From the NCBI GenBank assembly GCA_947501605.1, contig CANMWZ010000001.1:256001-320000 (forward strand): a stretch of DNA of 64,000 nt, in the 5' to 3' direction. The stretch comes from Planctomycetota bacterium. GTDB lineage: Bacteria; Planctomycetota; UBA1135; UBA2386. How positions within the stretch are numbered: position 1 is the first letter of the stretch; each line of letters opens with the position of its first letter. Shown piece after piece: positions 1 through 9,566 of this stretch. The translations under genes and the position numbers were made by a program. The notes under the pieces were generated by a model. The model had not been told where the DNA came from. It made no database searches and worked only from the letters and a program-made list of their open reading frames with translations.

Positions 1-839
<839 letters not shown>

Positions 840-894
840 GGTCTCTAACTTGAACGAGGCCCGTAGGCCTCTCTTTGCACTGGGTTTGAAGAGG

Positions 895-970
895 TGGAGC
901 TGCTAGCGGGACTTGAACCCACGACCTCCTCCTTACCAAGGAGGTGCTCTACCAGCTGAGCTATAGCAGC
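895..970 (-). tRNA. tRNA-Thr(GGT)
   Basis: Reverse complement GCTGCTATAGCTCAGCTGGTAGAGCACCTCCTTGGTAAGGAGGAGGTCGTGGGTTCAAGTCCCGCTAGCAGCTCCA; cloverleaf, anticodon GGT, encoded CCA. Confidence 0.97.
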
Positions 971-998
971 GAACACGGTTTGGAGCAAAAGAGCATAC

Positions 999-1072
<74 letters not shown>

Positions 1073-1143
1073 ACCATCGCGCGGATTCACCGCACGTTGG
1101 AGCGTCGCGCGAACCTGCCGGCACCCTGAGGAGCCGGCTTTAC

Positions 1144-1228
1144 TGGTGGGCGGAGCAGGATTCGAACCTGCGAAGGCTAAGCCACCAGATTTACAGTCTG
1201 GCCCGTTTGGCCGCTTCGGTATCCGCCC
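1144..1228 (-). tRNA. tRNA-Tyr(GTA)
   Basis: GGGCGGATACCGAAGCGGCCAAACGGGCCAGACTGTAAATCTGG, long variable arm, GGTTCGAATCC...ACCA. Confidence 0.97.
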
Positions 1229-1329
1229 CACTTTGGGCCCGTGCGATCCGTTCCCCAACGGCAGGAGGCCAACGAGTTCTACGGCGATGCCGAACGTCCC
1301 GAGGGACCTTCGCCACCTACCCGAAAGAC

Positions 1330-1404
1330 TGGAGCTAGCGATGGGACTTGAACCCACAACCTCCAGATTACAAATCAGGTGCTCTGCCGTTGAGCTACGC
1401 TAGC
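1330..1404 (-). tRNA. tRNA-Thr(TGT)
   Basis: GCTAGCGTAGCTCAACGGCAGAGCACCTGATTTGTAATCTGGAGGTTGTGGGTTCAAGTCCCATCGCTAGCTCCA; anticodon TGT; one U:U mismatch in the anticodon stem. Confidence 0.95.
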
Positions 1405-1432
1405 CAGCGAGCTGTCAGAGTAAGGCCGAAGA

Positions 1433-1460
1433 AGGATACCGACGGCCGTGGGCAGTGCAA
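1433..1460 (-). promoter_or_regulatory. Putative sigma70 promoter for the tRNA-tuf operon
   Basis: Minus strand TTGCAC-N16-TATCCT about 30 nt upstream of tRNA-Thr(TGT). Confidence 0.5.
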
Positions 1461-1526
1461 GTGACGTCCGCATTTTTGCGTTTTCCCGCCCGTAGCTCAG
1501 GAGATCGGCGCCCCCCCCGAGCTGCC

Positions 1527-2003
1527 TCAGGCACTGGTCGAGGCGCCCAGTTCCCCGCCCTGCTCGCGCCCGTCGACGGCCACGACTGCTACCGGGGAGT
1601 CGCCCACCGCGGGCGTTGCCGGTTGCGGCACAGCCACGCGGAACTCCGCCACCATCGCGCGCAGCAGCACCACGAATGCCATGATGTCGAATGGCTTGCG
1701 CAGAATCGTCCGCACGCAGTCGACTCGAGCGAGCGCCTGCTGGATCGCGCCATCGATGTAGCCTGAAACCACGACAACGGCCGGCGCATCGCCCCGAACC
1801 GCGAGCCAATCGATCAGCTGCTGACCGCTCAGCTGCGGCATGTCGAGGTCGCAGACCAACAGGTCGACCCCACCAGCGCGGAGTTCGGCACGCGCCGCCT
1901 CACCGTCCGCAACTGCGTTCACCTCGAACCCACTGCGGCGCGCGAGTTCGGTCAAGAGAGCGCGCACGCCGGGGTCGTTGTCGGCGATCAGGGCTGTAGG
2001 CAT
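1527..2003 (-). CDS. Single-domain response regulator (CheY-like receiver)
   Basis: ALIADND...VCDLDMP (phospho-acceptor Asp)...VVVSG...LRKPF receiver motifs. Confidence 0.9.
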   Translation of the reverse strand: MPTALIADNDPGVRALLTELARRSGFEVNAVADGEAARAELRAGGVDLLVCDLDMPQLSGQQLIDWLAVRGDAPAVVVVSGYIDGAIQQALARVDCVRTILRKPFDIMAFVVLLRAMVAEFRVAVPQPATPAVGDSPVAVVAVDGREQGGELGASTSA

Positions 2004-2032
2004 CGCCGAGGGAGTCTACCGCACGACACTGC

Positions 2033-4081
2033 TCAGCCCAGCGGCTGGAGCCAGGAGACATCCTCGAACGGCACGTCGACCTTCATGTTGCCATAGTCCA
2101 CGGTCACCAACTCGCGAACCTTGTCGATCTTGTGCACCTGGCAGGTGCGGCTCCAGCGTGGCAGGAAGATCGAGTCGCCCTTCTTCAACTGGTTGCAGAA
2201 TCGCATTCGGCGCCGATGCATCGCCGTGGCCTTTTGCAGCGAGTCGACGACCTTCTGCAGCGCCCGCGCGCTCTCCCCGTGCGCCCCAGGGGCACTCAGT
2301 AGCGGCACCAAGCCATCGCGAAGGGCCTGCTGTGCCCGTTGCAACTCGCCCGCGACCACGGCATCCGCCTCTTCATGCAGCCATTCGTGCTTGCGCTGGA
2401 CGGCAGTCAGTTCCTCTTCGAGTTTGCCCTGACGTTGCTGCAGATGCTGCGAACGGGTCGCTTGCTGCAACCTGTCGGCTTCCGCATCACGCCGCACATC
2501 CTGCACGCGCTGAATGACTTCCTGGAGGGACGTGTCACGGACTCCCAGGAGCTCGCGGGCACGAAGCACAACTGCGGCGGGCATGCCCACACGCCCTGCG
2601 ATGTCGAGTGCATGACTCGCACCAGGGATGCCAACATCGAGTCGATACAGCGGCTGCAGCGACTCGCCATCGAACGCCATCGAGCCGTTCTCCGCGCCTT
2701 TGTGTTGGTAGGCGAAGTCCTTGAGTCGACCGAGATGCGTGGTGACGACGGCATACGCGCCCTTCACCAGGATCTGCTCGAGGACCGCGTAGCCGAGCAC
2801 GCCACCTTCTTCAGGGTCGGTCCCGGCACCCAACTCGTCGAGCAGGACCAGCGTGCGCGGCGACGCGAACCCGAGGCACTTGCCGAGACGGCGCACGTGG
2901 GAACTGAATGTGGACAGGTTCTGCGAGATGCCTTGTTCGTCACCGATGTCGGCCTGGACGGCTTCGAGCCACGGAAACTGACACCCGTCAGCCGCTGGTA
3001 CCGGCAAGCCTGCGAGAGCCATGAGCGCCAGTAAGCCGACGGTCTTGAGGACCACGGTCTTGCCGCCCGTGTTCGGACCTGTCACCACAAGCACATGGTT
3101 GGGGTCACCGAGCCCAAGATCGAGCGGGACGATCGAGAGCTTGCTTCGCAACATCAGCGGATGGCGGGCCCGGTGCAAGCGCAACGGCCCTTCCGCCACG
3201 AGCGACGGGACAGAGAAGGCATCGATCGCACACAGCCGAGCGGCTGCTTGCAACAGGTCGGCAGCCGCAACGAACTCGATGGCGGCGATGACCTCGCCTG
3301 CCACTTTCTTGAGGCCCCGCGCGAGCCCGGCCAAGACGACGTTGATCTCGCGGTGCTCGGCCGCCGTGGCGTCGGATAGGCGGTTGGCGGCCTCCACCAC
3401 TCGGCTTGGTTCGATGAACAACGTGGCACCAGAGGCACTGCGGTCGTGCAGCACCCCGGGCACGCGTCCGCGATGCTCCTGCTTGACCTGCAGAACTGGA
3501 CGACCGTTTCGCCACGAAGGATCGGGCACTTGCAAGTAACGCCGCAGGTCGCCATCGGCGAGAACACGCTGGACCGTCGACTCGACGCCGGCGCGCGCTA
3601 TCTCGATCTCGCGACGGAGCTCAGCCAGCTTGGACGACGCCGAATCCAGGATCTCGCCGCGATCGTCGATGGCCAGCTCCAACTGATTCACGAGATCCCC
3701 GACATCCGGGGCAGAGACCGCGACCGTGGGCAGCGGCTCTGGAGATGCCTGCAGCCAACGGCGGCAACGATCGGCGGCGCGAAGGCCGCGCTTGAGGTCG
3801 GCGACGTCCCTGGCTTGAAGGGAGTGCTCGCCCGCTACGAATCCACTCAACCACGAGCGCACCTCGACGGCACCCCCGAGTGGAAGAGACTGACCAGCGC
3901 GCAACCGGTCCGCCATAACTGCGACCGCACGCAGTCGCAGTTGCGCCGACGCGAGATCTGGCAACGGCACCAACGCAGCCACCGCCGTCCGCCCGAGCGG
4001 CGATTCGAGCCGGTCGAGCAGCAGCGTGCGCACCGCGTGGAACTCGAGCGTCTCGAGGTCGAAGGCTTCATCTCTCGGCAT
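2033..4081 (-). CDS. mutS2: MutS2-family ATPase lacking a C-terminal Smr domain
   Basis: N-terminal LETLEF, HDRSASGATLFIEP, Walker A TGPNTGGKT, IGDEQ..QNLSTFSSH, LLDELGAGTDP, TTH, coiled coil, short KOW-like end. Start placed at MPRDEAF (4081) to avoid overlap with the divergent gene. Confidence 0.9.
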   Translation of the reverse strand: MPRDEAFDLETLEFHAVRTLLLDRLESPLGRTAVAALVPLPDLASAQLRLRAVAVMADRLRAGQSLPLGGAVEVRSWLSGFVAGEHSLQARDVADLKRGLRAADRCRRWLQASPEPLPTVAVSAPDVGDLVNQLELAIDDRGEILDSASSKLAELRREIEIARAGVESTVQRVLADGDLRRYLQVPDPSWRNGRPVLQVKQEHRGRVPGVLHDRSASGATLFIEPSRVVEAANRLSDATAAEHREINVVLAGLARGLKKVAGEVIAAIEFVAAADLLQAAARLCAIDAFSVPSLVAEGPLRLHRARHPLMLRSKLSIVPLDLGLGDPNHVLVVTGPNTGGKTVVLKTVGLLALMALAGLPVPAADGCQFPWLEAVQADIGDEQGISQNLSTFSSHVRRLGKCLGFASPRTLVLLDELGAGTDPEEGGVLGYAVLEQILVKGAYAVVTTHLGRLKDFAYQHKGAENGSMAFDGESLQPLYRLDVGIPGASHALDIAGRVGMPAAVVLRARELLGVRDTSLQEVIQRVQDVRRDAEADRLQQATRSQHLQQRQGKLEEELTAVQRKHEWLHEEADAVVAGELQRAQQALRDGLVPLLSAPGAHGESARALQKVVDSLQKATAMHRRRMRFCNQLKKGDSIFLPRWSRTCQVHKIDKVRELVTVDYGNMKVDVPFEDVSWLQPLG

Positions 4082-4161
4082 GAGGTGCGACCATGTTGCC
4101 GCCGAGGCCGCGCATGTAAACTCCGCGCCCTCACCGAAGTGCCTCCACCGCCCCATCCGAC

Positions 4162-5331
4162 ATGACGACACACGACCACTCCGCCCAGGGCTTCGGCACG
4201 CTGGCGATCCACGCTGGCCAGCAACCCGATCCGACGACCGGCGCCATCATGACGCCCGTCTACCTGACGAGCACCTACGTGCAGGAGGCGCCCGCCGTCA
4301 CCAAGGGCTACGATTACTCCCGCTCCCACAACCCCACGCGCACGGCGATGGAGCAGAACTTGGCAGCACTGGAAGGCGGCGCGTTCGGCCTCGGATTCAG
4401 CAGTGGCATGGCTGCGATCCACTGCGTGCTCAACCTGCTGAAGTCCGGCGACCACGTGGTGGCCGGCAACGACCTCTACGGCGGGACCTTTCGCATCCTC
4501 ACGACGGTGCACAAGAAGTTCGGGATCGACACGACGTTCGTCGATCTCTCGAACCTGCGTGAGTTCGAGTCGGCACTACGGCCCAACACCAAACTGGTGA
4601 TGCTGGAGAGCCCAACCAACCCACTGCTGCGCGTTTTCGATCTCGGCGCGATCGCCAAGACCTGCCGCGCGCGCGGCATCCTCACCTTGGCCGACAACAC
4701 CTTCGCGAGCCCGTACCTGCAGCAGCCGCTGAAGCACGGCTGCGACATCGTCGTCCACAGCCTGACCAAGTACCTGGGCGGCCACAGCGACTTGGTCGGC
4801 GGCGTCCTCGTCAACAACGACGCCGACCTGCACAAGCAGCTCGCGCACTTCCAGAACAGCGTCGGCGGCACTCCTGGCCCACTCGATTGCTTCCTGGTAC
4901 TTCGGGGCACGAAGACACTGCACGTGCGGATGGACCGGCACTGCCAGAACGCTCTCGCGGTCGCGAAGATGCTCGAAGCCCACCCGCGCGTCGATCGCGT
5001 GCACTACCCGGGACTACCCAGCCATCCGCAGCATGCGTTGGCGATGCGACAGATGCGGCTCGGCGGTGGCATGGTCTCCGTCGAACTCAAGGCGACGGTC
5101 GAACAAGGCAAGAAGGTGGCGAGCTCCTTTGGCGTGTTCTCGCTGGCGGAGAGCCTCGGCGGCGTCGAGAGCCTGGTCGATCACCCTGCGTCGATGACGC
5201 ACGCATCGATCCCCGCAGCAGAACGCCACAAGGCAGGACTGTCGGATGGACTCATCCGACTCTCCGTAGGCATCGAGGACGAGAAGGACCTTCTAGCGGA
5301 CATCGATCAGGCCCTGGCGCAGCTCCGCTGA
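4162..5331 (+). CDS. Cystathionine gamma-lyase/gamma-synthase (Cys/Met PLP-dependent family)
   Basis: YSRSHNPT, FSSGMAA, ESPTNP, DNTFASP, HSLTKYLGGHSD (PLP lysine), AESLGGVESL, IRLSVGIED. Confidence 0.95.
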   Translation: MTTHDHSAQGFGTLAIHAGQQPDPTTGAIMTPVYLTSTYVQEAPAVTKGYDYSRSHNPTRTAMEQNLAALEGGAFGLGFSSGMAAIHCVLNLLKSGDHVVAGNDLYGGTFRILTTVHKKFGIDTTFVDLSNLREFESALRPNTKLVMLESPTNPLLRVFDLGAIAKTCRARGILTLADNTFASPYLQQPLKHGCDIVVHSLTKYLGGHSDLVGGVLVNNDADLHKQLAHFQNSVGGTPGPLDCFLVLRGTKTLHVRMDRHCQNALAVAKMLEAHPRVDRVHYPGLPSHPQHALAMRQMRLGGGMVSVELKATVEQGKKVASSFGVFSLAESLGGVESLVDHPASMTHASIPAAERHKAGLSDGLIRLSVGIEDEKDLLADIDQALAQLR

Positions 5332-5347
5332 CGCTGGGCCCCACGGA

Positions 5348-5375
5348 AAACCGGGGCCGGCTCAGGCTCCGGTTT
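5348..5375. terminator. Hairpin between convergent genes, possible terminator
   Basis: AAACCGGGGCC-GGCTCA-GGCTCCGGTTT: 11-bp stem with one G:T, A-run on one side and T-run on the other. Confidence 0.5.
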
Positions 5376-5438
5376 CACGGGTCCTGCGTGACGGAACTCC
5401 AGTGGTCCGACAACGCAGTCGTGCGCGACAACCGTCGC

Positions 5439-5825
5439 TCATGCCATTCCGGCTTCGCCGAGCTTGGGGGCACTCGCCGGGCGACGGGGCACTGGCATAT
5501 CGTCGTCATCGTCGTCGAGCGTCAGATCGCCGATGTCCTCACCGGACACCTTCTTACGCATGAGTCGACCCACCTTGAACTTGACGATGCGCTTGGCGGG
5601 TACCTCGACCTTCTCGAGCGTGCGCGGGTTCTGGGCGCGCCGAGCTGCGCGATCGCGCGACTCGAACACGCCGAACTCGCGGAACTCAAGGCGGTTGCCC
5701 TCGGACAACTCCTCGATGATGGCGTTCAGGAAGGACTGAATGATCTCTTTCGCCACGACCTTGGTAACACCGGTCCGGTCGGCGATCCTGTTGACGAGTT
5801 CTTTCTTGGTGACAGTTTTCACCAT
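5439..5825 (-). CDS. HU/IHF-family DNA-binding protein with an acidic C-terminal tail
   Basis: TKKELV...LEFREFGVF...ARRAQNPRT..V.VPAKRIVKFKVG. Confidence 0.95.
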   Translation of the reverse strand: MVKTVTKKELVNRIADRTGVTKVVAKEIIQSFLNAIIEELSEGNRLEFREFGVFESRDRAARRAQNPRTLEKVEVPAKRIVKFKVGRLMRKKVSGEDIGDLTLDDDDDDMPVPRRPASAPKLGEAGMA

Positions 5826-5953
5826 TTACCTCCGTGGAGAAGACACTTCTGAGTCGCAGCAGCGGCATGGGGCCGCGATCGCATTGGAAGTGCCTGCATC
5901 AAGTGCGGCGCCACTATACTGTTGCGGACGGGTTGGCGAGAGCCTCCCACCTC

Positions 5954-6700
5954 ATGTTGTCGTCGAGTAACGCTAGAGCGAAACTCAGGGAACTCGCGCG
6001 AGTCCTGGGTCTGGCGCGGACAGCGGACCTGGGCGATGCCGCCCTAGGCACGCCGGTAGCATGTTCGAAGTCGTCCTGGGTGCGTCGAGTTAGGATCGCC
6101 TCAGAAGACTACTATATAAAGACTTACGACTATCCGACCCTTCGGTCCCGATGGCGAGGCGCGCTGCGCAACACCGGGCCGCTGACGTCGAGCCGGGCGG
6201 CCCGTGAAGCCGATGCCTTGTCGTGGTTGCGAAGCCGTGGTTTCGCCGGACCCAAAGTCGCCTACTGGGAGGAAATCCGCATTCTCGGGTTCCTTCGACG
6301 TGCCATCCTGGTGACCGCGGCCTTCCCCGGGCAACCGCTCGACGCCGTCCTAGCCGTTGCCAACACCTCAGATCGGGCAGCCATCGGGTCCGCGCTCGGA
6401 CGCTTCGTAGCCCGCTTGCACCACTGCGGTTTTCGCGACGGCAACCTGGACCTGAGGAACCTGCTGCTGCACGACGACCGCTCAATCCTCACGGTGGCGA
6501 AGATCGACTCACCCAAGTTTCGGGTTGTCCGCCGCGGTCCCAGCGACGACCGGCTCACGCGCGCCGATTGGGCTCGACTGCTGCCACAGTTGGAGTGCCT
6601 ACGGATGGCCGGTCTAGTTCGAGCAGCTGCCGAGGAGTGGGCCGCGAACTCACCTGAGAGCCTCGATCCCAGGCACCGTCTCGGGGGTCGGGCCGAGTAG
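5954..6700 (+). CDS. Lipopolysaccharide kinase-like protein (Kdo/WaaP/InaA fold); start uncertain
   Basis: YYIKTY, SRAARE...L...GF..P, ARLHHCGFRDGNLDLRNLL, KID. The reading frame opens at 5834; 3' end overlaps the convergent gene. Confidence 0.65.
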   Translation: MLSSSNARAKLRELARVLGLARTADLGDAALGTPVACSKSSWVRRVRIASEDYYIKTYDYPTLRSRWRGALRNTGPLTSSRAAREADALSWLRSRGFAGPKVAYWEEIRILGFLRRAILVTAAFPGQPLDAVLAVANTSDRAAIGSALGRFVARLHHCGFRDGNLDLRNLLLHDDRSILTVAKIDSPKFRVVRRGPSDDRLTRADWARLLPQLECLRMAGLVRAAAEEWAANSPESLDPRHRLGGRAE

Positions 6701-7750
6701 CGCCTCGATCTGCTTGAGGCGAAACGGGACCGCCAACGTTCGCTCGAAGTAGTCGTAGCCATCGACCGGACGGACGACCTGCTGGAACAACTGGAACGCG
6801 GCGCGAGCCTTCGGCCAGTGGCGTCGCTTTTGTTCGTCATCGCGCGGGAACGCATCGAAGTGCAAGTAGCCGATGTTGAGAGCCGCCCGCGCACTGTCAG
6901 GTCGCCGCTGGAGCACGTCGAGATACCCGCGCAATGCCTCGTCGAGGCGACCGGCGCGCCATTCGCACGCCGCCATGTCCATGCACACGGACTCGTCGAG
7001 TGGGTCTTCCGCCAGCAGTCGCTCGATCCAGGGTCGTGCCGCCTCAGGCTGGTCCAGGCGATACAGCGCCAACTGCACATAGGCCCGCGCCGTCGCGCGG
7101 TCGTTCGGCGCGGCGCGAAGGTAGTTCTCGTAAGCGCCCTGCGCCTCGGCAGTGCGACCGAGTTCGGTCAGACACTCCGCAAGTTCGACGTGAGCCGCAA
7201 GCAGTTTCGGGTGCCGCGCGATCGCTCGCTGGAAACTCTCGGCAGCATCCAGCAGGCGCCCGACGCCGCGGTTCAACCGGCCCTGTGCGAGCCAGGCCCA
7301 AGCGAAGTCAGGGTGCTTGCGAAGCAGGTCATCGACCGCACCCTTGCGGGCAAAGTTGGACGACAACAAGCGCGCCTTGGCGAAGGCAGGCAGTGGGGAT
7401 TCGTCAGAGTCGGCGAGCGCGGCGTACCAGGCGCGCATCTGTGCCTCGATTCCGCCGCCAACGTGCATCGCCGCGTCCTGATAGTAGGCCATCGCTTGCA
7501 CGTGCTCTGGGCAACGTGCGACGACCGTCTGAAGCAGCGGCACGGCGGCCGCGTCATCCCCAGCCTGCAGTTTGCCGAGCGCTTGCTCGTACGCGGCACG
7601 CCCCTCGGCGTCCGCGCAGGCGTCGAATCGCTGCGGGTCCTGCCGGTCGATCGGCGACATGACCGTTGGCGCCGCGCAGCCCATCCACAGCACCATGGCG
7701 AGCCATGCGAAACGCAGCAGTCGCCGCACCACTTGGATGGCCCAGATCAT
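6650..7750 (-). CDS. TPR-repeat lipoprotein
   Basis: Hydrophobic signal ending WMG|C; repeated TPR-like helices (AWLAQGR...AAESFQRAIARHP, AHVELAE...AYENYL...PND). Confidence 0.8.
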   Translation of the reverse strand: MIWAIQVVRRLLRFAWLAMVLWMGCAAPTVMSPIDRQDPQRFDACADAEGRAAYEQALGKLQAGDDAAAVPLLQTVVARCPEHVQAMAYYQDAAMHVGGGIEAQMRAWYAALADSDESPLPAFAKARLLSSNFARKGAVDDLLRKHPDFAWAWLAQGRLNRGVGRLLDAAESFQRAIARHPKLLAAHVELAECLTELGRTAEAQGAYENYLRAAPNDRATARAYVQLALYRLDQPEAARPWIERLLAEDPLDESVCMDMAACEWRAGRLDEALRGYLDVLQRRPDSARAALNIGYLHFDAFPRDDEQKRRHWPKARAAFQLFQQVVRPVDGYDYFERTLAVPFRLKQIEALLGPTPETVPGIEALR

Positions 7751-8328
7751 CGAGCTTCGAGTACTCCGTTTCGCAACTGGAAGACGGATAGGTCCCGAAT
7801 CGCACCGCCCAGCGCCCAGACCATCGGCACCCCACTGGCAGTTAGGTCGAGCTTCGCCTCCATCTTGCCCTCGGTGCGCACACGGAGGATGGCGCGGCCA
7901 AGCACCGTGAACCGGGTGCCCTTTCCGCGAACAACACCATTCTCCGTCAACTCATCTGGTGCACCGATGCTCAGCACGATCGCGCCTTCAAGCCCTCCCG
8001 TCTTGTTGATCCACTCATACTCGTCAAAACCTCCGCTCTTCGACTTCCGCTCGCCCTGCATCCTCGAGTCGATCGCAGGCTGGGTCACGTTGACGAAGTA
8101 GTTGGGCGAGATCTCGACGACCAAATCGCCGCACGCGACATTGCTGTCGTTGAGCAGTGGCTGGAGCAGGTGCTGACTCCGAAGTTCCCACCGCGCGCGT
8201 TGCTGCCGCTCTTCCAGCGGCGACACGCTCGGTGCGGAACCGCACGCGGAAAGGAGCAAGAACAGCGCTGTGGAGATGCGAAGCGACGAGGTCAACATGG
8301 AATCCGCGGGATGCACGAGGAGATGCAT
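7747..8328 (-). CDS. Hypothetical lipoprotein, beta-rich
   Basis: Lipobox LLLSA|C; 4-bp overlap with the next gene; alternative start at 8298. Confidence 0.7.
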   Translation of the reverse strand: MHLLVHPADSMLTSSLRISTALFLLLSACGSAPSVSPLEERQQRARWELRSQHLLQPLLNDSNVACGDLVVEISPNYFVNVTQPAIDSRMQGERKSKSGGFDEYEWINKTGGLEGAIVLSIGAPDELTENGVVRGKGTRFTVLGRAILRVRTEGKMEAKLDLTASGVPMVWALGGAIRDLSVFQLRNGVLEAR

Positions 8329-8339
8329 CGGAAGGCACT

Positions 8340-9326
8340 TCAGCTACGGGGCGCGCCGAGACCGACTCGTTCGCGCACCAGGACCATTGTCTTCTCGGCC
8401 TCCGCACGCGCGCGGTGCGCACCCGCGGCAAGAATCTCCTCGAGTCGGCGCGGTTGCTCCCGCAGTACCGCTGCGCGTTCGCGGATCGGCCCTTTCACGA
8501 CCTCGAGATTCTGCGCCAGCAACTTCTTGCAGTCGACGCAGCCCAATTGAGCCGAACGGCAGCCGGTCGCAATCGCAGCCCGCTGCACCTCGCCGGTGAA
8601 AAAGCCGTGGTAGCTGTAGATGTTGCAGACCTCCGGCGTGCCCTTGTCGGTTTTGCGCAGCCGCGCAGGGTCGGTCTTCGCGCCACGCAGCTTCAGCATC
8701 GTCTCGTCGGCGGTCTCGAACAGCCCGATCTCGTTGTTGCGGCTCTTCGACATCTTCGATTCGCCATCAAGCCCCATCACTCGCGGGGCGGAGCTCTTCA
8801 CGACCTGCGGCTCCGGGAAGGTCTCCCCGTAGACGTGGTTGAACCGACGAACGGTCTCACGAGCGAGTTCGAGATGCTGCTCCTGGTCTTCGCCCACCGG
8901 CACCCGATCGGCACGATAGAGCACGATGTCGGCGGTTTGGAGCACTGGATAGGTGAACAGGCCCGTGTTGATGTTGTCAGGCTGGTGCTGACTCTTGTCC
9001 TTGAACTGCGTCATGCGGTTCAAATCGCCGAGGGGGGTGAGGCACGTCAGCACCCACGCCAGTTCGGTGTGTTGTGGGACATGTGACTGCACGAAGACTG
9101 TCGCGCGTTCAGGATCGACCCCCGACGCCAAAACTCCGATGGCCACCTCGCGAACGGCGTGGCGAAGCGCCGCGGGCTCCGGGCGGCCGGTCAGCGCATG
9201 AAGATCGACGATGCTGAAGTACGCTTCGTACTGATCTTGCAGGCGCACCCAGTTGACGAGGGCCCCGAGGTAGTTGCCGATGTGCAGGTTTCCGGTCGGC
9301 TGAACGCCAGACATGATGCGCGCCAT
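8340..9326 (-). CDS. trpS: Tryptophan--tRNA ligase
   Basis: SGVQPTG.LHIGNYLG, YPVLQTADI, VPVGEDQ.QHLE, KMSKS; start placed at MARIMSG. Confidence 0.97.
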   Translation of the reverse strand: MARIMSGVQPTGNLHIGNYLGALVNWVRLQDQYEAYFSIVDLHALTGRPEPAALRHAVREVAIGVLASGVDPERATVFVQSHVPQHTELAWVLTCLTPLGDLNRMTQFKDKSQHQPDNINTGLFTYPVLQTADIVLYRADRVPVGEDQEQHLELARETVRRFNHVYGETFPEPQVVKSSAPRVMGLDGESKMSKSRNNEIGLFETADETMLKLRGAKTDPARLRKTDKGTPEVCNIYSYHGFFTGEVQRAAIATGCRSAQLGCVDCKKLLAQNLEVVKGPIRERAAVLREQPRRLEEILAAGAHRARAEAEKTMVLVRERVGLGAPRS

Positions 9327-9566
9327 TGCGGCAGCATCTGACTCCGCTGGAGTGAACGCTGCAAGTGCGGCGTTGCGCCACTTCGCGCGTCGCGTCGCGC
9401 GGTTCGCGCCTTTGTTCATGTCGGTGGATTGCTGTTCCGCGAACTACATCCCCGGCAGTATGGTGTGGCCGCGATGATGAGGTTGGGCGGACCACCGCGA
9501 CCGGCAACGGCTGCGGTGCATGGTGGCATGGTGCACGCTCCCGCGGCGCACTCCTGCAGCACATGC

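Noticed and set aside
9327..9566. T-box or attenuator upstream of trpS
   Set aside because: No T-box motif, terminator or Trp-rich leader peptide found
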